A stretch of DNA of 62,900 bases from the IMG/VR virus record IMGVR_UViG_3300042987_001364, positions 1 through 62,900 of that record; one strand, 5' to 3'. The position numbers and the translations under genes are program-made. Position 1 is the stretch's first letter. Every line of letters begins with the position of its first letter. This document shows, one piece after another, positions 41,176 to 48,786 of the stretch. The DNA is from a virus. Its lineage: Duplodnaviria; Caudoviricetes. A model generated the notes under the pieces. It was not told the origin of the DNA. It searched no databases and saw only the letters and a program-made list of their open reading frames with translations.

Positions 41176-41430
41176 GTCCAGAAGGCGCTCGATGGTGACG
41201 TTGAGCGCCGACAATTCATCCATCTTTTTAACTTTCCACATCCGGCGCTGCCCATGGAGTCCGTTTAGGCTACCTCGGTGGCAGTCGGCACATAAGGCGA
41301 CACAGGTGTATTGATCGCCTTGATTGATGTGGTGGGCCTCCGAAGGTGGATAGGCATCACATACAGAACAAGGGAGCGACTTGACTCTTGCCAAGTGCTC
41401 CCGTTGTTTATTGGTTAGCTGATTATTCAA
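41164..41430 (-). CDS. Small HNH-fold Zn nuclease (Ref/DUF968-like)
   Basis: LPCSVCD...EAHHI...ALCADCH...GLHG. Confidence 0.7.
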   Translation of the reverse strand: MNNQLTNKQREHLARVKSLPCSVCDAYPPSEAHHINQGDQYTCVALCADCHRGSLNGLHGQRRMWKVKKMDELSALNVTIERLLDSLL

Positions 41431-41726
41431 GCGACCAGCAGTTCAGCTTTATCCACACCTTCGTTCAGGCGGGCAGAGAACCACTGAGGGGCTTTGCCAC
41501 GGCCGGACCATGTTTTACCGCTTACGGGGTCCTTGTACTTGGCAGCAGCCTTCGCACGCTTATCCACAAGACCCAGCTTGAGACCGAGTTCGTTGGCACT
41601 GAAGTTCCACTCAGCGACAGCATCTTTGGTTTCGGCCAGAACGCGAGCACGTTCTTCGGCACGGAGTTGTTCCGCTTGACGCAGAAGTTCTTCAGCTTGA
41701 TTTTTCAGTTCTTGATAGTTAGACAT
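41427..41726 (-). CDS. hns: H-NS family nucleoid protein (Burkholderiales Bv3F-type)
   Basis: C-terminal KYKDPVSGKTWSGRGKAPQW signature; N-terminal coiled coil; SD ggagag before ATG 41726. Confidence 0.92.
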   Translation of the reverse strand: MSNYQELKNQAEELLRQAEQLRAEERARVLAETKDAVAEWNFSANELGLKLGLVDKRAKAAAKYKDPVSGKTWSGRGKAPQWFSARLNEGVDKAELLVA

Positions 41727-41758
41727 AGCACTCTCCATAGAGGGTTAAAGGGGAACGG

Positions 41759-41788
41759 ATTGTAAAATAAACTTGATTCAAAAGTAAA
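41759..41788 (-). promoter_or_regulatory. Promoter for hns
   Basis: Minus strand TTTACT-N18-TACAAT in an AT-rich gap. Confidence 0.5.
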
Positions 41789-41971
41789 TCAGTTTTCTGT
41801 TTTAGACTTTGTTATTACAAAGCTATCTTGGATTGATTTCTCGCCATGCGCTATCGCATTCTTGTGGCATCCGGCACAGCGCCATCGAACATGTTTCCCA
41901 CGGCGATAGATGTGTGCGCCACCATTCAGAGGCTTATCCTGCCCGCACGAACTACAGAACTTCTTTTCCAT
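41789..41971 (-). CDS. Small zinc-finger protein
   Basis: FCSSCG...RWRCAGC. Confidence 0.55.
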   Translation of the reverse strand: MEKKFCSSCGQDKPLNGGAHIYRRGKHVRWRCAGCHKNAIAHGEKSIQDSFVITKSKTEN

Positions 41972-42131
41972 CGAGCCAACGATTGATTTCATCAGTACAG
42001 TGTCTCAACTCTTGAGTAAGTTCCCGAATCTCATCACGCTGTTTCGCAGTGAGACTCATTGCAGCGAATAAGTCTCTGAGTTTCCTAGAAATCTGTCCGA
42101 TACGTACAACATGCAGGGCGGGATCATTCAT
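41952..42131 (-). CDS. Hypothetical protein (59 aa, not in the ORF track)
   Basis: MNDPALHVVRIGQISRKL...WLDGKEVL; overlaps neighbours in an operon. Confidence 0.45.
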   Translation of the reverse strand: MNDPALHVVRIGQISRKLRDLFAAMSLTAKQRDEIRELTQELRHCTDEINRWLDGKEVL

Positions 42132-42268
42132 AATCGAGTTTTTCCAGAACAGTGACTAAGTTTTCAGCGATTGCGGCACACCACATAGCGTATGGCGTAG
42201 CTTCGATAAACGGCTGGTCGGCTAGATGTTCCAGCTTGATGATGCAGTCCTGCAAGATTTCGTATGCC

Positions 42269-42634
42269 TCATCCATTATCTTTCCTCGAAAGTTTGAGGC
42301 GCCGCATCGTGGCGTTCCAAATTTTCTGATTCGGTTGTGTCGCTATCCACTGCACGACAGTACCTATGACGGAACGCATCTCATCATAGTTGGTACTTTT
42401 GCTGGTGAGTAGTTCGGTGCCGCGCAGAGACAACTCATGTATCTCGTCTCCAGGCTGGGACATATCATATCCCAAACAACAGGCCGTCATCAGATCGTAG
42501 TAATGCCGCTCTGTCATCCAATCTTGACCGAGTGCCATAAGCCCAACATGGCCTGGCATCTCGATCAGTTCAAGCCTTTTCATCCCCAGCGGAAGGATCA
42601 CTGGGCGCATCGTTCGGCGGGATCGTTTTCTCAC
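42269..42634 (-). CDS. Hypothetical protein
   Basis: Part of the leftward operon; start uncertain. Confidence 0.5.
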   Translation of the reverse strand: MRKRSRRTMRPVILPLGMKRLELIEMPGHVGLMALGQDWMTERHYYDLMTACCLGYDMSQPGDEIHELSLRGTELLTSKSTNYDEMRSVIGTVVQWIATQPNQKIWNATMRRLKLSRKDNG

Positions 42635-42859
42635 AGTTGCCTAAAACAGAGAATTCTTGTAAGAGTCGTTGAGTCATGGCATCGAAGATGTCGTTGCCAG
42701 CTTTCCGATAGATATTATTCCACCATTCTTCAGTCATTCGTATCTCTTTTCCGTCTGAGGAAATGTAAAACAACCAAAGGTAATGCTACTACGCACGCAT
42801 AGAACAACAAACATCCACACACCAAAGAACCACTATAAAACGACTGACTGAAAGACATA

Positions 42860-43123
42860 TCAATCCTTCCACCCCGGCCCGAGTCGCAATTCGTCAGGGG
42901 CTTTGCATTTCAACCACGGCCCGCTAGGGTCTCCAACGCCATTCCATTTGTTGAGTGCTTCTTCCGCTAATGACGCAGTATCGTAACTATACCGACGTTG
43001 GTACGAAGTGCCTTTGATTCCGACAACAATATCTACGGTGTTCACATAATCACGAAGCGCAGTCGTCCCGACAGGGAATTCCCGGATATTGTAATAGCCG
43101 GCGCGTAACAATTGATGTTTCAT
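42860..43123 (-). CDS. Hypothetical phage protein
   Basis: YQRRYSY...WNGVGDPSGPWLK. Confidence 0.55.
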   Translation of the reverse strand: MKHQLLRAGYYNIREFPVGTTALRDYVNTVDIVVGIKGTSYQRRYSYDTASLAEEALNKWNGVGDPSGPWLKCKAPDELRLGPGWKD

Positions 43124-43433
43124 GACGGTTTCTTTTTGGAAGGTAGTTTCTTAGACCGAGCTCGTTCCCGTTCTCTTTCCCGTTGCCGGGATAATTCGAC
43201 GGGCGATAAAGTTGGAACGCGCATCAACATTGCGGCCAAAGATAAAGGATCAGTAACTTTGCCTTTCACGTTCAATCATCCTTGTAATTAAATCACCGAA
43301 TTGCCGCCTCTCGTTACGATAAACGGCTCGATAGAAATTGATTAAGTTAATCAAAGGGTCATCATCAAAGCTAACCTGTTGATTCTCATCAATTTCAATT
43401 CCACTAGCTTCCGCCAAGGCAACGAAGGTAGGA

Positions 43434-43793
43434 TCAAGAACCCGCATATTGATCCTTGATAAGTTCAGCACACATATAGGCGCCGTCCATTTTGCCGTCC
43501 ATGAAGTCATTCCGGAAAGCACTGAACTCATTGCCCTTCGCGTTACAGATGGCAGAGTCTTTTTCTAGTTGCCATTGAGCGATCAAAACAGCGAACTGTA
43601 CTAAAGATGTGGAATGCCGAGAACGCAGAATGCTACCGAATCCAGCCTTCTCTGCGGCGTCATTGATAACAACTTTGGGAATCACCGACGGCTCCCCGGA
43701 TATGGAATGATGTTTGAGTTGAGCATTTTTTCGAATGCAATTCTTTCTAAGTCGCTCAATGTTCGGAGCGGGAGTTCTTTGTATGACGACCAC
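43434..43793 (-). CDS. Hypothetical protein
   Basis: AEKAGF...QFAVLI pattern resembling the small modular ORF family; real start probably internal. Confidence 0.4.
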   Translation of the reverse strand: MVVIQRTPAPNIERLRKNCIRKNAQLKHHSISGEPSVIPKVVINDAAEKAGFGSILRSRHSTSLVQFAVLIAQWQLEKDSAICNAKGNEFSAFRNDFMDGKMDGAYMCAELIKDQYAGS

Positions 43794-43894
43794 TTTTCTT
43801 GATAAACCGGATTTTCGCTAGGTGGCAGCCAGCCCAAGCGTCTCCAGCGTTCAGTAATATCAGTGCCACTCGGGGTCCAGATGTGATCGTTCAT
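43682..43894 (-). CDS. Hypothetical phage protein
   Basis: SD aggag; TDITERWRRLGWLPPSE. Confidence 0.6.
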   Translation of the reverse strand: MNDHIWTPSGTDITERWRRLGWLPPSENPVYQEKWSSYKELPLRTLSDLERIAFEKMLNSNIIPYPGSRR

Positions 43895-43902
43895 AACGGC
43901 TC

Positions 43903-44178
43903 CTATTTGTTAAGAGATTTGATTTCCTTCACCAACACATCAGAAACTACTTGTCCTTCATAAGCGAGTGCTTTAGCAAGTTTGTTGCTAGAGACTTTAT
44001 TGGCTGCATCAGCTAGGCCGGTAGCATATCCTTGATTATAGAGGTCGCCATTCTCAATGAATGCAGTGATGGCTTGTCTTACCAGTCCAGATGCTTTGCG
44101 GCCTTCAGCAGCCTGTTTGATCTGGTTGTAGATATGTTCGGGAAGATGCACAGAATAAGGGATCAATCGCTTTTCCAT
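43903..44178 (-). CDS. Ribbon-helix-helix-like DNA-binding protein
   Basis: PYSVHLPEHIYNQIK...ASGLVRQAI. Confidence 0.55.
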   Translation of the reverse strand: MEKRLIPYSVHLPEHIYNQIKQAAEGRKASGLVRQAITAFIENGDLYNQGYATGLADAANKVSSNKLAKALAYEGQVVSDVLVKEIKSLNK

Positions 44179-44582
44179 AAATTAAACTCCTGTTGAATTG
44201 AAATAAGCCGACTCACGGCGTGTTGATGCTGTGGTATCTCCGTGCGTGACTTCACTCCCAATTCATCTTTCAGCCACTGCGCAGCACTCTCTTCGGAGGC
44301 TTCGAATACTTGGTTTGCTTCTACTAAAAACTGATGAAACTTTTTGTCTCGACAGAGGATTCCCGCCAGACGGACGTAATCATGAGACAGTTCTTTCTCA
44401 CGTTCCATCGGGCGTTCATCCTCATTGAGACGAACCATCACAACCTGATACCGAGCCCCAACGAAGTCACGGATAATTTCGTCCGGGAGTTCATCAGGGT
44501 GAATGCCGAAAGAAAGTACGAAACCATTCTTGGCATCTTGTTTCAAGGCAATCTTCACGGCTTCAAATTGTGAGGTTTTCAT
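44163..44582 (-). CDS. Conserved phage protein of the recombination module
   Basis: MKTSQFEAVKIALKQ...IHPDELP...GARYQVVMV...AGILCRD. Confidence 0.6.
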   Translation of the reverse strand: MKTSQFEAVKIALKQDAKNGFVLSFGIHPDELPDEIIRDFVGARYQVVMVRLNEDERPMEREKELSHDYVRLAGILCRDKKFHQFLVEANQVFEASEESAAQWLKDELGVKSRTEIPQHQHAVSRLISIQQEFNLWKSD

Positions 44583-44583
44583 A

Positions 44584-44871
44584 TCAGAACGGCACGTCTT
44601 CGTCTTGTTGAGGGGGCGAATAAGTTTGAGGTGCAGGACGGTTAGGCGACACAAAAGGTGCACCGACCTTAAGACTCACAAACCAGCCGCGCGAAGATTC
44701 TTTCCGCCAGCCACCGAGACGAATCTTGACAAGACCGTTATCGGCATTCTTGATGAGGTCCTGAAGCAGAGACACTTCGATTGAAACATCGCCTTGGAAG
44801 TCAGGGGATTTCTCATGAACCTTGCGGTCATTCTGAAACAGGGCACCAGAGTTAGGGTAAAGCGTGGTCAC
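44584..44871 (-). CDS. Putative single-stranded DNA-binding protein (DUF736-like)
   Basis: GALFQN...PDFQG...GW; acidic DEDVPF tail; adjacent to ERF. Confidence 0.7.
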   Translation of the reverse strand: MTTLYPNSGALFQNDRKVHEKSPDFQGDVSIEVSLLQDLIKNADNGLVKIRLGGWRKESSRGWFVSLKVGAPFVSPNRPAPQTYSPPQQDEDVPF

Positions 44872-45509
44872 TTGAAACTCTCTTTCATGGTTTTGAACAG
44901 GGCCATCACGTTCTCATACGTGTCGGCATCTTCAGCTTTGAGTTTGTCGTAGGTCTGACGATTGACCTTGAACACGCTCATCACATCATCGGGAGTCTTG
45001 CACAGATCAAGAGCCACTCCGGTTGCATCCACCACAGCCTGTGCCCAGTTAGACACCTTGGGCGGAATGTGGAGTGAACCGAAGGCGGGCTTGTCGGACT
45101 TAGGTTCCGGCTTAGGCTCGGGCCGAACTTCGGGTTTGCTATCACCTGCATCGATGGCATCGTGCTCAACGATTTCCAAGGCGGTCATCCACAGGTAACG
45201 GCGCTGGTAAGTCTGGACAGCACCAAGCTGTTGGATTGGGTGAGCGCCCTTCAGTTCAGCAGCGGCCATCGGAGAGGTGATGTTCAGCAAGCTGCCATCT
45301 TCCGTATCGACGATGCTAAGTTCGGCATAGTCGCGTCCGAAAGTGACAACACCACACAAGCCAAGGTCATAAAAGATCGACTGGATGTGGGGAAGGAAGT
45401 CACCCAGTTCAAAGTAGTGATAACCGCTGAACTTGTTATGGCCGCTTTTCTTCAGGTCACGCGACTGTAGCTTCACTCGCGCTTTCATCAGCTTCTTGTG
45501 CACTGACAT
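44868..45509 (-). CDS. ERF-family single-strand annealing recombinase
   Basis: KSGHNKFSGYHYFEL...QQLGAVQTYQRRY...D motif. Confidence 0.85.
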   Translation of the reverse strand: MSVHKKLMKARVKLQSRDLKKSGHNKFSGYHYFELGDFLPHIQSIFYDLGLCGVVTFGRDYAELSIVDTEDGSLLNITSPMAAAELKGAHPIQQLGAVQTYQRRYLWMTALEIVEHDAIDAGDSKPEVRPEPKPEPKSDKPAFGSLHIPPKVSNWAQAVVDATGVALDLCKTPDDVMSVFKVNRQTYDKLKAEDADTYENVMALFKTMKESFK

Positions 45510-46380
45510 TCATTGATTCCTTGTAGAGTTGATACTGGTTACACCACGGAGAGACTGTGCAGAACTTCTCGCAACGGGTTCTCTCACCTGGACGCCTTTC
45601 AATAACATACGCCTCACCCATCTCCTGAACTTTGGCGTTGGCTTTATCTTCTTCAACAAACACAAAATTCGCACGCTTGTTGCCTTTCTTCTTGATGGCG
45701 AAAGTGGTCGGCTTCTCCCACATCTCTTCGCTCGAACACTCTGGGAGATCGCCCCCCACCTCCGACTGGAACATAGCTTCGGCGTGGAGATGGATACGCT
45801 TGCGGATGTACTCTTCACGAGCCTCAATCGGCCAGAGAGGGATAGGAACGACAACAATCGGGGCCGAAGGATAATCCTGTTTCTGTTCGGCGTCGCGCCG
45901 ATTCCAGTCACGGAGGATCGCCACGATCTGTAAAGACTTGATCGGACGATGTTTGATTGTCTCGATCAACCAAGCATAGACATTCAACTGGCGATGCCAG
46001 TCCAGCTTGTCGTTCATGACCGACCAAACAGAGGTTACCTTGTAATCACTGATGACGATGCCATCGTCAAAGAACTCTTGAAGATCAACGGCCCCACTCA
46101 ACGACCAGCCATCCACTTCAGCAAACAATCTTTCTTCAACAACGTGGTTGCGATCCTTGCCGTGTTCAAGGACGTTATGCAGCGCAGACCCAAACAAACT
46201 CCACACCATCTCACTGGCATCTTCTTCAATATCATTCCAGTGCTGGCGACGAAGCTGCACGATTCGCGGAGAAGATAATAATTCAGTGGCACTTACGTGA
46301 GCACCACCCTTGCTATACTGTGGGCGCCTCAAGACATTGATAATTGTCTCTGGCAAATTATGTCGGTTGGTGAGTTTCAT
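45457..46380 (-). CDS. PD-(D/E)XK (Cas4-like) exonuclease
   Basis: SATEL, GSALH, LSGAVD, ISDYKVT, QLNVY; C-terminal RCEKFC...WC; SD ggagg. Confidence 0.85.
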   Translation of the reverse strand: MKLTNRHNLPETIINVLRRPQYSKGGAHVSATELLSSPRIVQLRRQHWNDIEEDASEMVWSLFGSALHNVLEHGKDRNHVVEERLFAEVDGWSLSGAVDLQEFFDDGIVISDYKVTSVWSVMNDKLDWHRQLNVYAWLIETIKHRPIKSLQIVAILRDWNRRDAEQKQDYPSAPIVVVPIPLWPIEAREEYIRKRIHLHAEAMFQSEVGGDLPECSSEEMWEKPTTFAIKKKGNKRANFVFVEEDKANAKVQEMGEAYVIERRPGERTRCEKFCTVSPWCNQYQLYKESMNVSAQEADESASEATVA

Positions 46381-46398
46381 GTGTCCTCCTGAAACGTC

Positions 46399-46427
46399 AC
46401 TGTAAGGCAACAGTCAGCATCATGCAA
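46399..46427 (-). promoter_or_regulatory. Promoter of the leftward recombination operon
   Basis: Minus strand TTGCAT-N17-TACAGT. Confidence 0.6.
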
Positions 46428-46459
46428 GAACTATCTGGTAACATGGTGTCCTAAGACAT

Positions 46460-46738
46460 ATGCGAAGAGCAGCGAGGCGGGACGATAACGAATCATCTAT
46501 TGTGAAAGCGTTGCGTGACGCGGGCGCCACGGTGTATTTCATCGATCAACCCTGTGATCTGATCGTAGGTTACGAGGGAAAAACGCTGTTGTTTGAAGTG
46601 AAAGATGGCAACAAGCCACCGTCGGCGCGGAAGCTAACAGAGAACGAGCAGAAGTTCTTCGACACGTGGACAGGTGGTCCGGCATATGTAGTAGATAGCA
46701 TCCAGGCGGCCCTTGCAGTTATGAAGGGCGTGGTGTAA
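46460..46738 (+). CDS. VRR-NUC domain nuclease/resolvase
   Basis: RDDNE..IVKALR...PCDLIVG...LFEVKDG...LTENE. Confidence 0.85.
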   Translation: MRRAARRDDNESSIVKALRDAGATVYFIDQPCDLIVGYEGKTLLFEVKDGNKPPSARKLTENEQKFFDTWTGGPAYVVDSIQAALAVMKGVV

Positions 46739-46774
46739 AGTAGTGGGGTTGTATCTCCGGTTCGAGTGAGTTTT

Positions 46775-46802
46775 GGCCCTCTTAGTTGAGGGCCTTTTTT
46801 TT
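46775..46802 (+). terminator. Intrinsic terminator
   Basis: GGCCCTC-ttagtt-GAGGGCC followed by T8. Confidence 0.85.
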
Positions 46803-46941
46803 GCTCTTGACCGATACAGGGACTCAAGCTATCTTTTAGAGGCAACTTTCCTTTCGGTTGTGCTCGTTGTTATCTCGTCCTCCATGAGAGCGGTGTCCCC
46901 CCAGGCGTCGGTGCCTGGGGGAATGCTGTCCAGCTTGATCC

Positions 46942-47016
46942 GCTCCCTTCGTATAACGGTTATTACGGCTGATTTGTAATCAGCTTATCTGGGTTCGATT
47001 CCTAGAGGGAGCACCA
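46942..47016 (+). tRNA. tRNA-Thr(TGT)
   Basis: Acceptor GCTCCCT/AGGGAGC; anticodon stem GCTGA/TCAGC with loop TT-TGT-AA; T-loop TTCGATT; encoded CCA. Confidence 0.92.
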
Positions 47017-47120
47017 GTCAGAGTGGGCATTGTGCGCCAATCCTTTCTCGGGATGCGCAGTCAGTATGCACAGTGCCTACTCTCACTGGTATCTGCCAGT
47101 GAAACCGAGAAAGGAAAATC

Positions 47121-47276
47121 ATGAAACGCAAAATCTTAGTTGGCCTCGCCTTAGTCGGCATCCCGCTGGCGGCATGGGCTAACTGCACTCACTTCACGAT
47201 GATGGTCGGAGATCGTGTGGTGCCATGTACCATATGCTGCACACCAGAGGGTCAGTGCGTCACGCGCTGTTTCTAA
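47121..47276 (+). CDS. Secreted cysteine-rich peptide (51 aa, not in the ORF track)
   Basis: SD aagga; signal peptide MKRKILVGLALVGIPLAAWA; mature NCTHFTMMVGDRVVPCTICCTPEGQCVTRCF; hairpin at 47284-47305. Confidence 0.75.
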   Translation: MKRKILVGLALVGIPLAAWANCTHFTMMVGDRVVPCTICCTPEGQCVTRCF

Positions 47277-47375
47277 GCAACGCCCGCCCATCTCCGGGTG
47301 GGCGGTCTGAAGTTCTAGCAGAAACCTCATAGAACCTTATAGAACTCCCATAGAGACTCATAGAAGTAAAAAAAG

Positions 47376-47417
47376 TTACGTCACCCTCTTGACGTAATAC
47401 GTGAGGTTAGGCAAGAT
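47376..47417 (+). promoter_or_regulatory. Promoter with overlapping palindromic operator
   Basis: TTGACG (47389)-N17-CAAGAT; inverted repeat TTACGTCA-N6-TGACGTAA at 47376-47397. Confidence 0.6.
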
Positions 47418-47423
47418 TTCTCC

Positions 47424-47580
47424 TGTTGGGCGGCATCCCAACAATGTCTATAGGAACAATAACTTACCCCAGAATGTTCAAGTGGGGCATGTGTAATCAG
47501 TGGTGCGTTGTTCCTATCGCATTGTTGGTTGCCCATGCCAGGGCCATGCCCCACTTAAGCACTCTGGGGTTTTTGCTTTT
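47424..47580 (+). ncRNA. Antisense/attenuator RNA: long stem plus U-tract, loop complementary to the upstream leader
   Basis: 25-bp stem 47467-91/47545-69 then TTTTTGCTTTT; loop 47508-33 pairs with 47432-59. Confidence 0.7.
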
Positions 47581-47581
47581 C

Positions 47582-47959
47582 TGGCTCGCTTCAACTCGGC
47601 TTCTGTTTAAGAGTCACTTAAGTCCCGATACCTCGGGTAGGAACTGAGTAACCGTAAAGCGTCATGGCGGCGGCGAAAGGGTAGTACCTTAGGACGGACG
47701 TATGGAAACGGTGGGCAGTAGCTTAAAGCTGGAACAATCGCACCAGACCAGCAAGAGCGGGATGCACTCAAAGTATCGAGTGGCGCAGTGCTCGGTGTGA
47801 GCCTCCTGATAGGCAAAAGACTGCGACTCAACACGGGTTAGGCCGGGGTTGAGCGATGGGGTGACTCAGCGGATACCTAATCTAGCATGAGCCATTGGAT
47901 ACATCCCGAGGGTTGCCTTCGTAGGCTGCCCTTGGGAAGGTTTTGCCCAGAGTTCCTAT
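47582..47959 (+). ncRNA. Candidate long structured RNA
   Basis: No convincing ORF; many helices including TGGCTC/GAGCCA, GAGTCAC/GTGACTC, CGCAGT/ACTGCG and TAGGAACT/AGTTCCTA. Confidence 0.55.
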
Positions 47960-48003
47960 GCGTTTCCTATCCCGCATGCCACGTGATCCTGACGAGACTG
48001 AAT

Positions 48004-48426
48004 ATGCGAGTCGACTTAAACGTACCGTATGCTGAAAAAGAGAGTGCCAAAAGATTAGGCGCTAGATGGGATGCAATCAAAAAGACTTGGTATGTGATCG
48101 ACGCTGTGGAGTTGTGGCCGTTCATGAAGTGGATGCCTGCTCATCTTAAGCGGCCTGTTAAGAACACTCAGCCTACAGCACAGACCAAGACGGCTAAACG
48201 AAGTAAGCAAGTGAAGTCTAAGAAGGCTTATGAGAACGCCATGAACAGACTGGCACAGAAGAACGCGAGTCTGATTGTTGGCCCGATGACTTCACGAACG
48301 GACTTCTCTTTACCTGACACGGGTTGTTCGTGTCCGCCGTGGGAGGAATGCGAACACGTTCTACGGGCTAGAGTTGAAGTCAGTCCTGAGCAGTTAAGTC
48401 ATATCAGGTCGATCATCAACGGGTAG
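48004..48426 (+). CDS. DUF5710-domain protein
   Basis: LNVPYAEKESAKRLGARWD...KKTWY; start ATG 48004 preferred over 47887. Confidence 0.75.
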   Translation: MRVDLNVPYAEKESAKRLGARWDAIKKTWYVIDAVELWPFMKWMPAHLKRPVKNTQPTAQTKTAKRSKQVKSKKAYENAMNRLAQKNASLIVGPMTSRTDFSLPDTGCSCPPWEECEHVLRARVEVSPEQLSHIRSIING

Positions 48427-48663
48427 TAGACTTGTGGGTTAACGTACTACAATATGTCATGTTGTCGGACTCGAACCATGGCGAGGCGTGTGATCCACAG
48501 ATGACAACGGACACCCCGGAGAGACGGGGGCTAACAGGAAAGCAAGTCAGGAGTATCCTCAACTACAGGGGATAGAATTCGTGGCTTCTGGCTTGCTTCC
48601 TTGTTGGCGTTACGGGGCGGGGCGCTGTCATGGCGCGTTAAGAAAGTCCTATTTCGCCAACAT

Positions 48664-48786
48664 CCAACACGCATGAGTATTGGAGTCCGAGGGGGCGCGA
48701 ACCCTTGGTAAGCCAGTTAATAATTCCGACAGTCCTAGGAAACTTCGAATGAAACTGACCAGATAGCCAGTACTCAGCCGTGTTGG
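48664..48786 (+). ncRNA. Three-way-junction RNA motif, copy 1
   Basis: CCAACACG-ca-TGAGTATTGG ... CCAGTACTCA-gc-CGTGTTGG; covaries with copy 2. Confidence 0.75.

Noticed and set aside
46431-46438. CTATCTGG, complementary to the invariant CCAGATAG of the RNA motif, upstream of the VRR-NUC gene
   Set aside because: About one 8-mer match per strand is expected by chance in 63 kb, and there is no extended pairing.
46942-47016. tRNA-Thr as an attP site of a temperate phage
   Set aside because: No tyrosine or serine integrase was recognised in the genome.
47426-47834. ORFs 47426-47647 (+) and 47607-47834 (-) as proteins
   Set aside because: Weak starts, no SD and no motifs; the region is better explained by RNA structure, although a short leader peptide cannot be excluded.
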